A stretch of 64,000 nt of DNA from Candidatus Latescibacterota bacterium (GCA_965223905.1 CBDCXV010000010.1:864001-928000), one strand, 5' to 3'; positions 39,362 through 49,798 are shown, counted from the first letter of the stretch. Notes: a model not told the origin generated them from the sequence alone. Program-made: numbers and translations.

Positions 39362-40912
39362 ATGGCCGACCGCCGCTCCAAGGTCCCGCAGCGGACCTAC
39401 GCTACCACCCTCGACGAGCAGCTGAGACAGCTCGATACCGATCCGCTGCTGCAGCGGTTCCAGGCCTCGCGGGAACGGCTCTCCAGCGATCCGCACCGGC
39501 CCGTCTACCACTACGTCAACCCCGAGGGCAACCTCAACGACCCGAACGGGTTCTGCTGCTGGCAGGGGCGTTACCACCTTTTCTACCAGGCGTACCCGCC
39601 CGAGGACGTCCGCCAGCACTGGGGGCACGCCTGCAGCGAGGACCTCGTGCACTGGCGCGACCTGCCGCTGGCGATCTACCCCGACCCGGAGGACAAGTGC
39701 TTCAGCGGCTCCACCCTGGTCGAGGAGGACCGCGTCCTCGCCTGCTACCACGGCATCGATGAGGGCACCATGATCGCGGCCTCCTCCGACCCCCTGCTGC
39801 TCAACTGGGAGAAGCTGACCGGGAAAGCCGTCATCCCCGACGTCGAGCCGGATGCCGCGGGGAATCCCTACCGCGTCGGCGATCCCTGCATCTGGCGGGA
39901 AGAGGACGGCTACTACTCCCTCTCCGGGGGATACGTCGATGGTGCCATCTTCGAGGACTGCCGCATGGCGGAATTCCTCTTTCACTCGCAGGACCTCGAG
40001 CGCTGGATCTACCTGGGCCGTTTCGTCGAGAACGACATCTTCACCGCCCCGGGGGAGGACGGCGCCGTCCCCTACTTCTGGCCGATCGGCGACCGGCACA
40101 TCCTGCTGTTCGCCAGCCACCAGCGCGGCTCCCAGTACCTGATCGGCGACTACGACAGGCTGCGCCGCCGCTTCCGGGCCAGCGGCCACGGCCGCTTCAA
40201 CTTCGGACCGCTGCGCAACGGCGGCGTGCACGCCCCGTCGGCCTTTCCCGACGGCGACGGCGGCATCCTGCTGATCCACAACATCAACCACGGCCGCAAC
40301 ACCGAAGGCTGGAACCACATCATGTCCCTGGTGCGCAGGCTCACCCTCAACGGCGACGGCTCCCTGCGGGTCGAGCCGGTGGCGGCGATAGAGGGGCAGC
40401 GCGGCGAGCACCGGCGCCTCGACGCAACCACACTGCTCCCGAACCGGGAGTACGTGCTGCCCGGGATCGAGGGGACCGCCCTGGAGCTGTCGCTGGCGCT
40501 CGATCCGGGCAGCGCCCGCGAGCTGAGGATCGAGGTGCTGCGCTCCCCCGACCGCCGGGAGCACACCTCGATCCGCTATCTCAGGGAAGGGGGGCTGGCG
40601 CAGAGTCCGGGCGACTACCGCTGGAAGGGGGACGCCCTGGTGATCGACAACGCCTGCAGCTCCTTCTCCCCGGGGGTGCTGGCACGGCCGCCCGAGACCG
40701 CCCCGTTCCAGCTCGCCGAAGGAGAGCTTCTCGACCTGCGCATCTTCGTCGACAAGAGCGTCGTCGAGCTGTTCGCCAACGGCCGGCAGGCCATGGGCCT
40801 GCGCGCCTACCCCGACCGCGAGGACAGCGTCGGGGTGTCGATCACCGCGGTCGGCGGCCAGGCCTCCATGCTGTCGCTCGACGCCTGGCAGATGCGCAGC
40901 ATCTACTCCTGA
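39362..40912 (+). CDS. Glycoside hydrolase family 32 protein (variant motifs)
   Basis: RP.YH, LNDPNG, YHLFYQ, HWGHA.S.DLVHW, FSGS, IFVDKSVVELF. Confidence 0.9.
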   Translation: MADRRSKVPQRTYATTLDEQLRQLDTDPLLQRFQASRERLSSDPHRPVYHYVNPEGNLNDPNGFCCWQGRYHLFYQAYPPEDVRQHWGHACSEDLVHWRDLPLAIYPDPEDKCFSGSTLVEEDRVLACYHGIDEGTMIAASSDPLLLNWEKLTGKAVIPDVEPDAAGNPYRVGDPCIWREEDGYYSLSGGYVDGAIFEDCRMAEFLFHSQDLERWIYLGRFVENDIFTAPGEDGAVPYFWPIGDRHILLFASHQRGSQYLIGDYDRLRRRFRASGHGRFNFGPLRNGGVHAPSAFPDGDGGILLIHNINHGRNTEGWNHIMSLVRRLTLNGDGSLRVEPVAAIEGQRGEHRRLDATTLLPNREYVLPGIEGTALELSLALDPGSARELRIEVLRSPDRREHTSIRYLREGGLAQSPGDYRWKGDALVIDNACSSFSPGVLARPPETAPFQLAEGELLDLRIFVDKSVVELFANGRQAMGLRAYPDREDSVGVSITAVGGQASMLSLDAWQMRSIYS

Positions 40913-41393
40913 ATCGGCTGCACCTGCTCCGCAGCCCCTACCGGGCTGTTGCTTCGGAGACCTGCGGCTCATCCCCGCGTTTCCTCGCAACCCCCGGTGC
41001 GGGAACGTTGCCGCGTTCTCCGCATCGACCCGCCCCTGGAAGCGGCCGCATGCCCGGCACCGGCCGAGGCGGAATCCACGGTCGACTGCGGCCGTCCATC
41101 GCCCGCTTCTCCGCACATCGCAACGAGCGCCGCGGTCTCGGGGGTCGCGCCTGCCCTCCGGCACCGTCAGCAGAAAACTTCCTGCAGTGTAGTACTGTTA
41201 GCCCCTTCCATCGTCTATAACGACATCCGGCCATATTCCGGCATTCCCCGGTATCCCGAGTCCGGGCCGGATTCTCCGGTGCCGCGGATCCGCTGTTTCC
41301 GTACCCTGCATCGGGCTATCTTCGGTCGAACAGCGTATTCGGGCGGTCCCGCGGGAAGGCTGCGGGCCCATCACCAACCGAAGGAGACGCCTC

Positions 41394-42116
41394 ATGGAAA
41401 ACACAACCTCGCAGTCCACTCAGCCCGGCCTGATCGGCCGCATGATCCGGGTCTTCTACGCCCCCCGGGAAACCTTCGAGGCGGTCGCGGAGTCGAGAAC
41501 GGCGATCGACTGGGTGGCGCCGGCCGCGGTCTCCGCCATCGTCGCCCTCGCCGCCGCGGTGGCGATCGTGCCGCTGGCAATGGAAGAGGGGGCCCGCGTG
41601 ATGCAGGAACAGATGCAGGGGCAGGAGATCAACGACGATCAGCGCGAGATGATGGAGAAGATGGCAGGGGCCGGGCAGACCGTCGGCATCGTCATGGCCC
41701 CGGTCGTCAGCTTCGTCGTGCTGTTCATCTCCGCCCTGCTGCTGCTCGGAGCAGGAAGGATCGCAGGCGCCGGCATCGGCTACTCGGGGATGCTGACCGT
41801 GAGCGCCTACTCGTCGCTGGTGCAGGCGCTGAAAGGGATCATCGTCACTCCCCTGATGCTCGCCAAGAAGAGCATGGTGGTGCATACCGGTCTCGGACTC
41901 CTGCTCCCCGGAGAGATGATGAACACCTTCGCCGGCCGCTTTCTCGCCGGCATCGAGATCTTCATGCTGTGGCAGATCCTCATCGTCGCCGTCGGGATCT
42001 CCGCTCTCGGCAACGTCGACATGCGCAGGGCCCTCGTTCCGGTGGTGCTGCTGTGGCTGATCTTCCTGCTGATCGCCGCAGGCTTCGGAGGCCTGCAGCA
42101 GATGGGAGCCCGGTGA
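41394..42116 (+). CDS. Yip1 family membrane protein
   Basis: P.ETFE motif, about five TM segments, first gene of exporter operon, AAGGAG RBS. Confidence 0.82.
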   Translation: MENTTSQSTQPGLIGRMIRVFYAPRETFEAVAESRTAIDWVAPAAVSAIVALAAAVAIVPLAMEEGARVMQEQMQGQEINDDQREMMEKMAGAGQTVGIVMAPVVSFVVLFISALLLLGAGRIAGAGIGYSGMLTVSAYSSLVQALKGIIVTPLMLAKKSMVVHTGLGLLLPGEMMNTFAGRFLAGIEIFMLWQILIVAVGISALGNVDMRRALVPVVLLWLIFLLIAAGFGGLQQMGAR

Positions 42117-42197
42117 CCGCGCTCCTCTGGAGGACGGCCGCGGCCCGGATGAAGCAAGCACCGAACCCGCTGTTCCCGGGACCGGGAGGCTGAAACG

Positions 42198-43868
42198 TTG
42201 GCGGCAACCGCGCGCCGACGGCGCCGGCGTTCGCCGTGGCTCAGGCTGCTGGTCCTGGTCTTGTTGGCGGGGGCCATCGCAACCGTCGTCTACCTCAACC
42301 TCGACAAGGAGACCCCGGTGGAGACCTTCGCCACGGTCTCCGTCGAACGCCGCGACCTCGTCGACAAGCTCGCCGAGACCGGCAGCATCGAGCTGGTGCG
42401 CACGGTCGAGGTGAAGTCGACCACCTCCGGGGTGATCCGGTCGCTCCACTTCGACACCGGCGACGGGGTCGACCGCGGCCGGCTGATGGCCGTCATCGAG
42501 CCCGACCCCAACCAGACCCTGCAGCTTTTCCAGAAGCGCTCCGCGGCCGAGAACGCCCGCATCAGCCTCCACGAGCAGGAAAAGGACTACTCGCGCAAGA
42601 AAACCCTGTTCGAGAGCGGCATGCTGCCCAAAAAAGGTTTCGAGGATGCCGACCGCGCCCTGACCCGGGCCCGGAACAGCCTGCGGCTGGCCGAGCTCGA
42701 GCTCGAGATCCTCGAGACCAAGGCCAACCTCAGCGTTGCGGGACAAAGCCGGGACTCCGAGCTGGACGAGGTCCGCGTTCTCGCCCCGATCAGCGGGGTC
42801 GTGATCAAAAGGGAAGTAGAGACCGGGGAGATCGTCGCCTCCGGAACCTCGCTGTCCGGAGGCACCGTGCTGTTCGAAATCGGCGACCCGAGCCAGATGA
42901 TCGTGCGCGCCGACATAGCCGAGATCGACATCGGCGACCTCCGCACCGGACAGGAGGTCGACATCGTCGTCGACGCCTTCGCCGACACCACCTACCGCGG
43001 CACGGTCCGCTGGATCGCCCCGGTCGGCGAGAAGAAGCAGGGCAGCACCATCGTGACCTTCGACGCCGAGATCGACATCCTCGACCGCGAACCGCGCCTG
43101 CGCCAGGGCATGTCGTGCGACCTCGACATCATCTTCCTGCGCCGCGAGGGCACCCTCAGCCTTCCAGTGGAGGCGGTGCTCGAGCTGTTCGACGAGGAGG
43201 AGGAAGAGCAGTCCGAGGTGAAGGGGCGCCGCGGCCGCTTCGTGACCTATCTCTACACCCCGGCCGACTCGGCCGCGGCCGGAGGCGACGGCGATGGCCG
43301 GCCGGAAGCGGAGGGTACGCCGGTTGCCCCGCACGATTCCGTTGCAGATACGAGCGAAGGCCGCCTCGGCGACACCCCCGAGGCGGTCCCAGGTAGCGCC
43401 CCTGCCGACAACACCACCGCCCGGGACTCGGCGACAGACCCGGGGGCCTCCGGTGCGGTCCGCTCCGGCGCCGGCGACACCATCTCCCCCGGTACGGACG
43501 CCGACCCGGCGGGCGGCAGCGATTCCCTCGTGGCGGCCCCAGGTAGCGCCCCTTCCGGCAGCAGCACCGCCCGGGACTCGACGACAGACCCGGGGGCCTC
43601 CGGAGCCGACTCCCCCGACACCGCTTCCACAGACACCGCCGCGGCGAAAGCGGACTCCGCCTCGGGGAAGCCCGCCCCTCCCCAGGTCCCGCTCGACGAG
43701 TTCACCGAGGTCGAGCTGCGCATCGGCCTGGAGACCTCCACGCGAATCGAGGTTCTCTCCGGACTGGGTGAGGGGGATTGGGTCGCCGCCGACCCCGAGG
43801 CGATCCGGCGGAAGCTGAAGATGAACGAGGGGCCGCCGGAAGCCGAAGGCCGGGGCCGCCGCTTCTGA
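42198..43868 (+). CDS. Periplasmic adaptor (MacA-like MFP) with low-complexity insertion
   Basis: APISGVV, IAEIDI, LRQGMS, EVLSGL.EGD; Ala/Ser/Asp/Pro-rich insert at ~43250-43690. Confidence 0.9.
   Translation: MAATARRRRRRSPWLRLLVLVLLAGAIATVVYLNLDKETPVETFATVSVERRDLVDKLAETGSIELVRTVEVKSTTSGVIRSLHFDTGDGVDRGRLMAVIEPDPNQTLQLFQKRSAAENARISLHEQEKDYSRKKTLFESGMLPKKGFEDADRALTRARNSLRLAELELEILETKANLSVAGQSRDSELDEVRVLAPISGVVIKREVETGEIVASGTSLSGGTVLFEIGDPSQMIVRADIAEIDIGDLRTGQEVDIVVDAFADTTYRGTVRWIAPVGEKKQGSTIVTFDAEIDILDREPRLRQGMSCDLDIIFLRREGTLSLPVEAVLELFDEEEEEQSEVKGRRGRFVTYLYTPADSAAAGGDGDGRPEAEGTPVAPHDSVADTSEGRLGDTPEAVPGSAPADNTTARDSATDPGASGAVRSGAGDTISPGTDADPAGGSDSLVAAPGSAPSGSSTARDSTTDPGASGADSPDTASTDTAAAKADSASGKPAPPQVPLDEFTEVELRIGLETSTRIEVLSGLGEGDWVAADPEAIRRKLKMNEGPPEAEGRGRRF
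43382..43603 (+). repeat. Intragenic ~72-bp duplication, offset 150 bp
   Basis: 43382-43453 versus 43532-43603 (PGSAP....TARDS.TDPGASG). Confidence 0.85.
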
Positions 43869-43899
43869 CCCGGGCCGCACCCCGAAGCCCCGGCACCGC

Positions 43900-45129
43900 A
43901 TGGTCATCTACGAGCCCATCGCCGTAGGCCTGGCTCAGCTCAGGGCGAACAAGCTCCGCTCCCTGCTCACCCTGCTCGGCATCGTCATCGGCGTCGCTTC
44001 CGTGATCGGCATCGTCTCCCTCGGCGGCGGCCTGCGGCGCACCGTGATGGGAGAGTTCGCGCGCGAGGGCGGAGCCGCGGCGATCACCGTGGGCCCCCCG
44101 AACCCCTGGGAGCGGGTCGACGGCCGCTGGGTGCAGCGCCACTGGGCCGAGCACCTGACCTCCGGCGACCTGCGCGCGATCCGCGCCGAGACCGGCCTCA
44201 TCCGCACGGCCGTGCCCACGGTTTCCGCCAGCGCCGAGCTGCGCTACCGCAAGACGACGGCGAACGCCGGCGTCACCGGCACCTCCGAGGAGTACGGCCC
44301 CGCCTTCCACTGGGGCGTCGCCGCGGGCCGCCACCTGAGCGCCGACGACGTCCGCTTCAACCGCAAGGTCTGCGTCCTGGGGGCGAAGGTGCGCGAGGAC
44401 CTCTTCGGCGACGCCGACCCGGTCGGGGAGGAGGTCAAGCTCAACGGCGACCGCTACACCGTGATAGGCGTGCTCGAGCCGCGGCTGCGCTTCGGGCGCG
44501 AGCAGGGCCGCGCCGTCCTCATTCCCTACACCACCGCGCAGAGGCGCTTCACGGGGGAACGCCGGCTCGGCGAGATCTCCCTGTTCGCCGCGGAGATCGA
44601 GGACGTCCCGGCGGTGGCCGCAGCAGCGCACCGGGTGCTGCGGCGGCGCCACGAGCACGGCGACGATTTCCGGGTCGAGACCAACAGGGAACAGATCGAG
44701 GACGCCAACAGCGTCATCGGCACCATGCAGAAGATCGCCGGCGGCATCGCCGGCATCTCCCTGCTGGTCGGGGGCATCGGCATCATGAACATCATGCTCG
44801 TATCGGTGACGGAACGGACCCGGGAGATCGGCATCCGCAAGGCGATCGGGGCGCGCTCCGGGCAGATCCTGTTCCAGTTCCTCGCCGAGGCCGTGGTGCT
44901 CGCCTTCGCGGGCGCCGCCCTCGGGATCGCCTTCGGCGTCGGCTTCGGCGCCGCCATCGAGGCGGTCATACGCTGGTTCGCCCCGGGATCCCCCTTCTCC
45001 AGCGTCGTCACCCTTCCGTCCGTGCTCTGGGCAGTGGGGGCCGCCTGCGGCATCGGCGTCTTCTTCGGCGTCTACCCCGCCTTTCGCGCCGCGCGCATGG
45101 ATCCGGTCGAGGCCCTGCGCTACGAATGA
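43900..45129 (+). CDS. MacB-like ABC transporter permease
   Basis: KLRS.LTLLGI.IGV; [28 protein letters not shown]; DPVEALRYE. Confidence 0.95.
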   Translation: MVIYEPIAVGLAQLRANKLRSLLTLLGIVIGVASVIGIVSLGGGLRRTVMGEFAREGGAAAITVGPPNPWERVDGRWVQRHWAEHLTSGDLRAIRAETGLIRTAVPTVSASAELRYRKTTANAGVTGTSEEYGPAFHWGVAAGRHLSADDVRFNRKVCVLGAKVREDLFGDADPVGEEVKLNGDRYTVIGVLEPRLRFGREQGRAVLIPYTTAQRRFTGERRLGEISLFAAEIEDVPAVAAAAHRVLRRRHEHGDDFRVETNREQIEDANSVIGTMQKIAGGIAGISLLVGGIGIMNIMLVSVTERTREIGIRKAIGARSGQILFQFLAEAVVLAFAGAALGIAFGVGFGAAIEAVIRWFAPGSPFSSVVTLPSVLWAVGAACGIGVFFGVYPAFRAARMDPVEALRYE

Positions 45130-46349
45130 TCCTGCTCGAGTCGCTGCGCATCGCCTTCGGCCAGGTCTGGGCCCACAAGCTGCGCTCCATGCTCACCCTG
45201 CTCGGCATCCTGATCGGGGTCGGCTCGGTCGTCGGGATCGTCTCGATCAGCGAGGGGATGCGGCGCATGGTGATCGGCGAGTTCGGCAAGATCTTCGGCG
45301 ACAGGATCCTGCAGGTCCGGCCGCGGGAGTTCGTGCTCAGGGACGGACGCTGGGTGCGGAACCACCGGTTCCGGCCGATGGCGATGGAGGACGTCGCGCT
45401 TGTGGAGGAGGTTTCGGACCGCATCGAGGCCACCCTGCCGATGCTGACCGCCAGCGCGCAGATGCGCTACGCCAAGGCGACCTGGAACGGCCAGCTCGAG
45501 GCCACGGTGCCGGCCTATGCGGAGGCCTACGACTGGCGCGCCGGCAAGGGCCGTTTCCTCCTGCCCCGGGACGTCAGCGCCGCCCGCAGCGTCTGCGTTC
45601 TCGGCATGCAGGCGAAGGAGGCGCTGTTCGGCCGCGCCCCCGCGGTCGGGCGGGAGGTGAAGCTCAACGGCGAGCGCTACGAGGTGGCGGGGGTCATGGA
45701 GGAGCGCACCCTTTTCGGCCAGGAGTGGAGCAGCATCGTCTTCGTGCCGGCGACCACGGCGATGCAGCGGCTGTTCGGCACCCGGGAGATCTCCGGGGTC
45801 GTCGCCGTCGCCGCCTCCGCGGAAGAGGTGCCGCGTCTCAGCGCCGACATCGTCGCGGCCCTGCAGGAGAAGTACGGCGGGCGGATGCAGTACGAGGTCG
45901 ACAGCCCCGGGAGCTTCGTCAGCCAGATCGAGCAGACGATCCTGATCATGAAGCTGGTCAGCGGGGGCATCGCCGGCATCTCCCTGCTGGTCGGCGGCAT
46001 CGGCATCATGAACATGATGCTGGTGTCGGTCACCGAGCGCACCCGGGAGATCGGCATCCGCAAGGCGATCGGCGCCAAACCCTCCGCGGTGCTCCTGCAG
46101 TTCGTCATCGAGGCGATCGTCCTCAGCCTCTTCGGCGGGCTGCTGGGGATCGCCGCGGGATTCGGGATCGGCGAGGGGATCTCCGCGGTGATCGGGCGCT
46201 ACTCCGACATCCCCTACCCCAGCGCGATCTCCCCCGCCTCGATCGCCATCGCCCTCGGCATCTCCTCCGCGGTCGGCCTCTTCTTCGGCATCTACCCGGC
46301 GGCCCGCGCCTCGAAGCTCGACCCGGTCGCCGCCCTCGGCTTCGAGTGA
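45126..46349 (+). CDS. MacB-like ABC transporter permease (second paralogue)
   Basis: Same MacB/FtsX motifs; ATGA overlap. Confidence 0.95.
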   Translation: MILLESLRIAFGQVWAHKLRSMLTLLGILIGVGSVVGIVSISEGMRRMVIGEFGKIFGDRILQVRPREFVLRDGRWVRNHRFRPMAMEDVALVEEVSDRIEATLPMLTASAQMRYAKATWNGQLEATVPAYAEAYDWRAGKGRFLLPRDVSAARSVCVLGMQAKEALFGRAPAVGREVKLNGERYEVAGVMEERTLFGQEWSSIVFVPATTAMQRLFGTREISGVVAVAASAEEVPRLSADIVAALQEKYGGRMQYEVDSPGSFVSQIEQTILIMKLVSGGIAGISLLVGGIGIMNMMLVSVTERTREIGIRKAIGAKPSAVLLQFVIEAIVLSLFGGLLGIAAGFGIGEGISAVIGRYSDIPYPSAISPASIAIALGISSAVGLFFGIYPAARASKLDPVAALGFE

Positions 46350-46356
46350 TTCGGCG

Positions 46357-47058
46357 ATGCTGATCGAGCTGAAAGGGATCGAGAAGGTCTACGAGATGGG
46401 GGCCGAGGACGTCCGCGCCCTGCGCGGCGTCGACCTCGACATCGAACGGGGGGAATACGCCGCCATCATGGGTCCCTCCGGGTCGGGCAAGTCGACGCTG
46501 ATGAACATCGTCGGATGCCTCGACACCCCGAGCGCCGGCACCTACCGCCTCAACGGCACGGACGTGTCGGAGATGAACGCCAACGAGCTCGCCGACGTGC
46601 GCAACCAGCAGATCGGCTTCGTCTTCCAGACCTTCAACCTGCTGGCCCGCTCCAGCGCCTTCCACAACGTCGAGCTGCCCCTGGTCTACGCCGGGACGAG
46701 GCGGGGGGAGCGCCGGGAAAGGACCGAGGCCGCCCTTGAGCGCGTCGGCCTGGCAGACCGCATGGACCACCGGCCCGCGGAGCTGTCCGGGGGGCAGAGG
46801 CAGCGCGTGGCCATCGCCCGGGCCCTCGTCAACGAGCCCTCGCTGCTGCTCGCCGACGAGCCGACGGGCAACCTCGACAGCCGCACCGGTGAGGAGATCA
46901 TGGGGCTCTTCGACCACCTGCATGCCGAGGGGAACACCGTCATCCTCGTCACCCACGAGCAGCATGTCGCCGGCCACGCCCGGCGCAGGATCGCCATCCT
47001 CGACGGCCTCGTGGCTTCCGACGAGAGGCGGGAAGGTCAGCCTGCCGACGGCTCCTGA
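46357..47058 (+). CDS. ABC transporter ATP-binding protein (MacB/LolD-like)
   Basis: [31 protein letters not shown]. Confidence 0.96.
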   Translation: MLIELKGIEKVYEMGAEDVRALRGVDLDIERGEYAAIMGPSGSGKSTLMNIVGCLDTPSAGTYRLNGTDVSEMNANELADVRNQQIGFVFQTFNLLARSSAFHNVELPLVYAGTRRGERRERTEAALERVGLADRMDHRPAELSGGQRQRVAIARALVNEPSLLLADEPTGNLDSRTGEEIMGLFDHLHAEGNTVILVTHEQHVAGHARRRIAILDGLVASDERREGQPADGS

Positions 47059-47321
47059 GGCCCGGCCCCGAGCTTGGCCAGGACGAAGTCGGCGATCGCG
47101 TCGGAAGTCTCGAACAGCTCGATGCGCAGCTCCTCGTCGTCGATCTCGAAGCCGAACTCCTCCTCCAGGCCGGCGATCAGCTCGAGCGATGCGACCGACG
47201 TGGCGCCCCCCTCACCGAAAAGCGGCTCATCGTCGGGAATCTCCTCCGGATCGACGTCGAGCCCGAGGGTTGCGGCGATCGTCCGCTTAACCCGCTTCCT
47301 CGTCTCCTCCCGCTCCAACAT
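47037..47321 (-). CDS. Acyl carrier protein-like protein
   Basis: Acidic 94 aa; LF...[21 protein letters not shown]; AGGAGG RBS. Confidence 0.85.
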   Translation of the reverse strand: MLEREETRKRVKRTIAATLGLDVDPEEIPDDEPLFGEGGATSVASLELIAGLEEEFGFEIDDEELRIELFETSDAIADFVLAKLGAGPQEPSAG

Positions 47322-49269
47322 CCTCCTGCTCCGGGTTCCGTGAAAAATGCGCGACCACCGCCTCGACCAGGCGGTCCTCCCCCGCTCTCGAAAGGATCGC
47401 CGCCGCGGGAATGCCGAAGCGGTCTTCGAGGCGGCGCAGGTTCCTGTCGATCTCCTCGCCCGACATCTGGCGCGGGGTGATCCAGCTCCGTCCGTAGGCG
47501 GCGCGGATGTGCTTCTCCTTGTCGCTCATGGCCAAGGCGATGGTCGGGGCCTTCGCCAGTCCGCGCAGGCAGGCGATGGTGTCCTCGATGTACTCCTCGG
47601 GGTCGATGCTGTTGACCACCAGGACGACGGCGTCCGGCCTGGTTCCGAGCAGGAAGGCGAGCGAGGTCATGGTGTGGGTCGCCGGGTGTTCGATGGCGTA
47701 GGGAATCGTCCCGGACTGACACCCCACCAGGATGATGTCCGGGCTCCGGAGATGGGCGATCTCCCGCATCTTGGCGTCGAGAAACGGGGCATACCACTGC
47801 AGCGGCAGCTCGAGCGGCGACGCGTACCCCATCGGGAAGGCGAAGTCCATGCCGAACAGGGCGGAGTGGTGCTCGGTGCCGACCTGGCCGACCGCGTATC
47901 CCGCCTCCTGCAGGCGCCGCCGAAGGGCCAGCTGCAGGGTGAACTTCCCCTGCTGCGAGCTGGTCCCGAACACCCCGAGCACCGGGACGTCGACGGCGCC
48001 GTACCGGCTCGACCGGCGCAGCAGCCCCTCGACCTCGGCGTTGTCGACCTTCGGGCTGGCGATCTTCAGGTTGCGGCGCCTGGCCTCGGCGTGCAGGTCT
48101 CCGTACTGCCCCGGGGGGACCGGAAGAAAGCTGAAGACGTGCAGCCCCGCGGCCAGGGCCGCGGCGACCGACTCCCGCAGGACGTCCCGCTTGCCGATGC
48201 GGCCCAGCTCGTCGACGTACCCCAGGATCAGCGTGTCCGCTCCGCGCAGGGCCGCCCCCAGCTTCGGGGAGATGCGGATCCCGACCGCAGGCAGCCCGAG
48301 GGCCTCGCCGGCATCCCCGCCCGCCAGCCCCTTGCCGGCGGGATCGGCAATGCCGACGACCTCGAAGTCGAGGTGTTTCAGGTGCCGGACCAGGCTGTGC
48401 ATCTCCTTGTTGAAGGGGTACAGGGCTGCCTTGCGGATCCAGCCCGGGAGGCCGCCTTCCCGGGGGCGCGGCGCCTGTTCCCGGGGGGCCGGTACCGGCC
48501 TTGCGCCCGCGGTTTCGGAAACGCGGGAGGCTCCCCTTTCGGCCAGAGCGTTCGCCTTCAGGACCTCGCGCACCTCCTCGATGCCTACTCCCGGGGAGGC
48601 TTCCCTTATGAGGGCGACGATGCCGCTGATATGGGGAGCGGCGAAGCTTGTCCCCGAGGTCATCACCTCGCGCGGCTGCAGCCAGCAGAGCCGCTGCTCG
48701 TCGCCGCGGGCGACGCACTCGATCGGCTTCCCTTCCCTGTAGTGATACCCGTAGCGGCCGCCGACCTTGCCGCCGGCTACCCCGATGACGTCCGGCAGGA
48801 CGGCCGGGTAGCTCTCCAGCCCCTCGTTGTGCTCCGCAGACACCAGGATGACGCCTGCGCCGGCCGCCTCCCTGGCCGTCTCGGCGAGAGGGCGGCGAAA
48901 GCTCGGGTCCGTGGTTCCGAGGCTGAGGTTGACGACGTCCATCCCCTCGTCCAGGCACCATCGCAGGGCCGCGACCAGGGCGCTTCCGTCGGCGCTGAGG
49001 GATTCGTCGAAGATGCCCACGCTGTAAATGGACGCGGCCGGGGCCTTCCTGAGGATGATCCCGGCGCAGGCGGTACCGTGGCCGGCCTTGTCGGCGACCT
49101 CCGCGGCCTGCTCGATCCCACCGTCCCCGCGGACCGACAGGGCGACCCCGCCGGCTACGCGGATCAGCGGATGCGTCGGGTCGACCCCGCTGTCGACGAC
49201 CGCAACCCTGATCCCGGCGCCGGTGAGGCTTTCGAAGGACAACTGCAGAGAGCTGGGCGGTGATGTCAT
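47287..49269 (-). CDS. S8 subtilisin-like peptidase fused to a DUF1611-like domain
   Basis: Triad VVDSG, GHGT, GTSFAAPH; C-terminal Rossmann-like part plus GTSSQQGKFT and LLGTRPDAVVL; no signal peptide. Confidence 0.85.
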   Translation of the reverse strand: MTSPPSSLQLSFESLTGAGIRVAVVDSGVDPTHPLIRVAGGVALSVRGDGGIEQAAEVADKAGHGTACAGIILRKAPAASIYSVGIFDESLSADGSALVAALRWCLDEGMDVVNLSLGTTDPSFRRPLAETAREAAGAGVILVSAEHNEGLESYPAVLPDVIGVAGGKVGGRYGYHYREGKPIECVARGDEQRLCWLQPREVMTSGTSFAAPHISGIVALIREASPGVGIEEVREVLKANALAERGASRVSETAGARPVPAPREQAPRPREGGLPGWIRKAALYPFNKEMHSLVRHLKHLDFEVVGIADPAGKGLAGGDAGEALGLPAVGIRISPKLGAALRGADTLILGYVDELGRIGKRDVLRESVAAALAAGLHVFSFLPVPPGQYGDLHAEARRRNLKIASPKVDNAEVEGLLRRSSRYGAVDVPVLGVFGTSSQQGKFTLQLALRRRLQEAGYAVGQVGTEHHSALFGMDFAFPMGYASPLELPLQWYAPFLDAKMREIAHLRSPDIILVGCQSGTIPYAIEHPATHTMTSLAFLLGTRPDAVVLVVNSIDPEEYIEDTIACLRGLAKAPTIALAMSDKEKHIRAAYGRSWITPRQMSGEEIDRNLRRLEDRFGIPAAAILSRAGEDRLVEAVVAHFSRNPEQEDVGAGGDEEAG

Positions 49270-49731
49270 GGGGGCGAGGGCTCCTTCCGGCGTAGTGGAA
49301 TGACGCCGGCCGCCTGTGGAGACGGCCGTTCCCGCGTCTCCTTGTAGACGTGCAGGCCGCGGAAACTGCTAGCGCCTGAGCGAGTCGTACCGAGGGTGTA
49401 CGGCGAGTGAAGGCAACGCCGTGAGCCGGGATGGATCGGCGTCCCAATGTCGCTGATGGATAGCGCTCATCGAAATCCATCCGCTGCGGAGGGGATCCCC
49501 CTGCCGGAAACCGCCGTACTGCCGCTCAACGAAAATCCGCCGGTGAGAGAGTATCTCCGAGTTCTATTTTCGGGAGAACCTCCTGTCGGCGCCGCCACTT
49601 CATGCACGGTTGAGCAACGTCGAGTCGAACAGGGTCTGGCTGGTCCGCTACTATGGGAGCACAGGAAGGTCATGGTGTAGCGGCTGGAGTCGAGAGGAAC
49701 GGCTACCTCGAACCCTCGCTGGCCCTTTCGG

Positions 49732-49779
49732 CCCGCTACCGGGAAATCGAGGCCCGGGCCTCGATTTCCCGGTAGCGGG
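49732..49779. repeat. 48-bp perfect palindrome with no spacer
   Basis: cccgctaccgggaaatcgaggccc|gggcctcgatttcccggtagcggg. Confidence 0.97.
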
Positions 49780-49798
49780 AGCAGGCGCCGGCCTTGCG

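Noticed and set aside
41316-43907. Long antisense or alternate-frame ORFs (e.g. 863 aa here, 47177-49480, 59225-61615, 39149-41164)
   Set aside because: These are shadow ORFs from high-GC codon bias; they overlap well-supported genes and have no motifs.
49467-49673. 68-aa Ser/Gly/Cys-containing minus-strand ORF as the RiPP precursor
   Set aside because: No clear RBS, no leader/core pattern, and composition is compatible with a chance ORF. Not excluded but unsupported.
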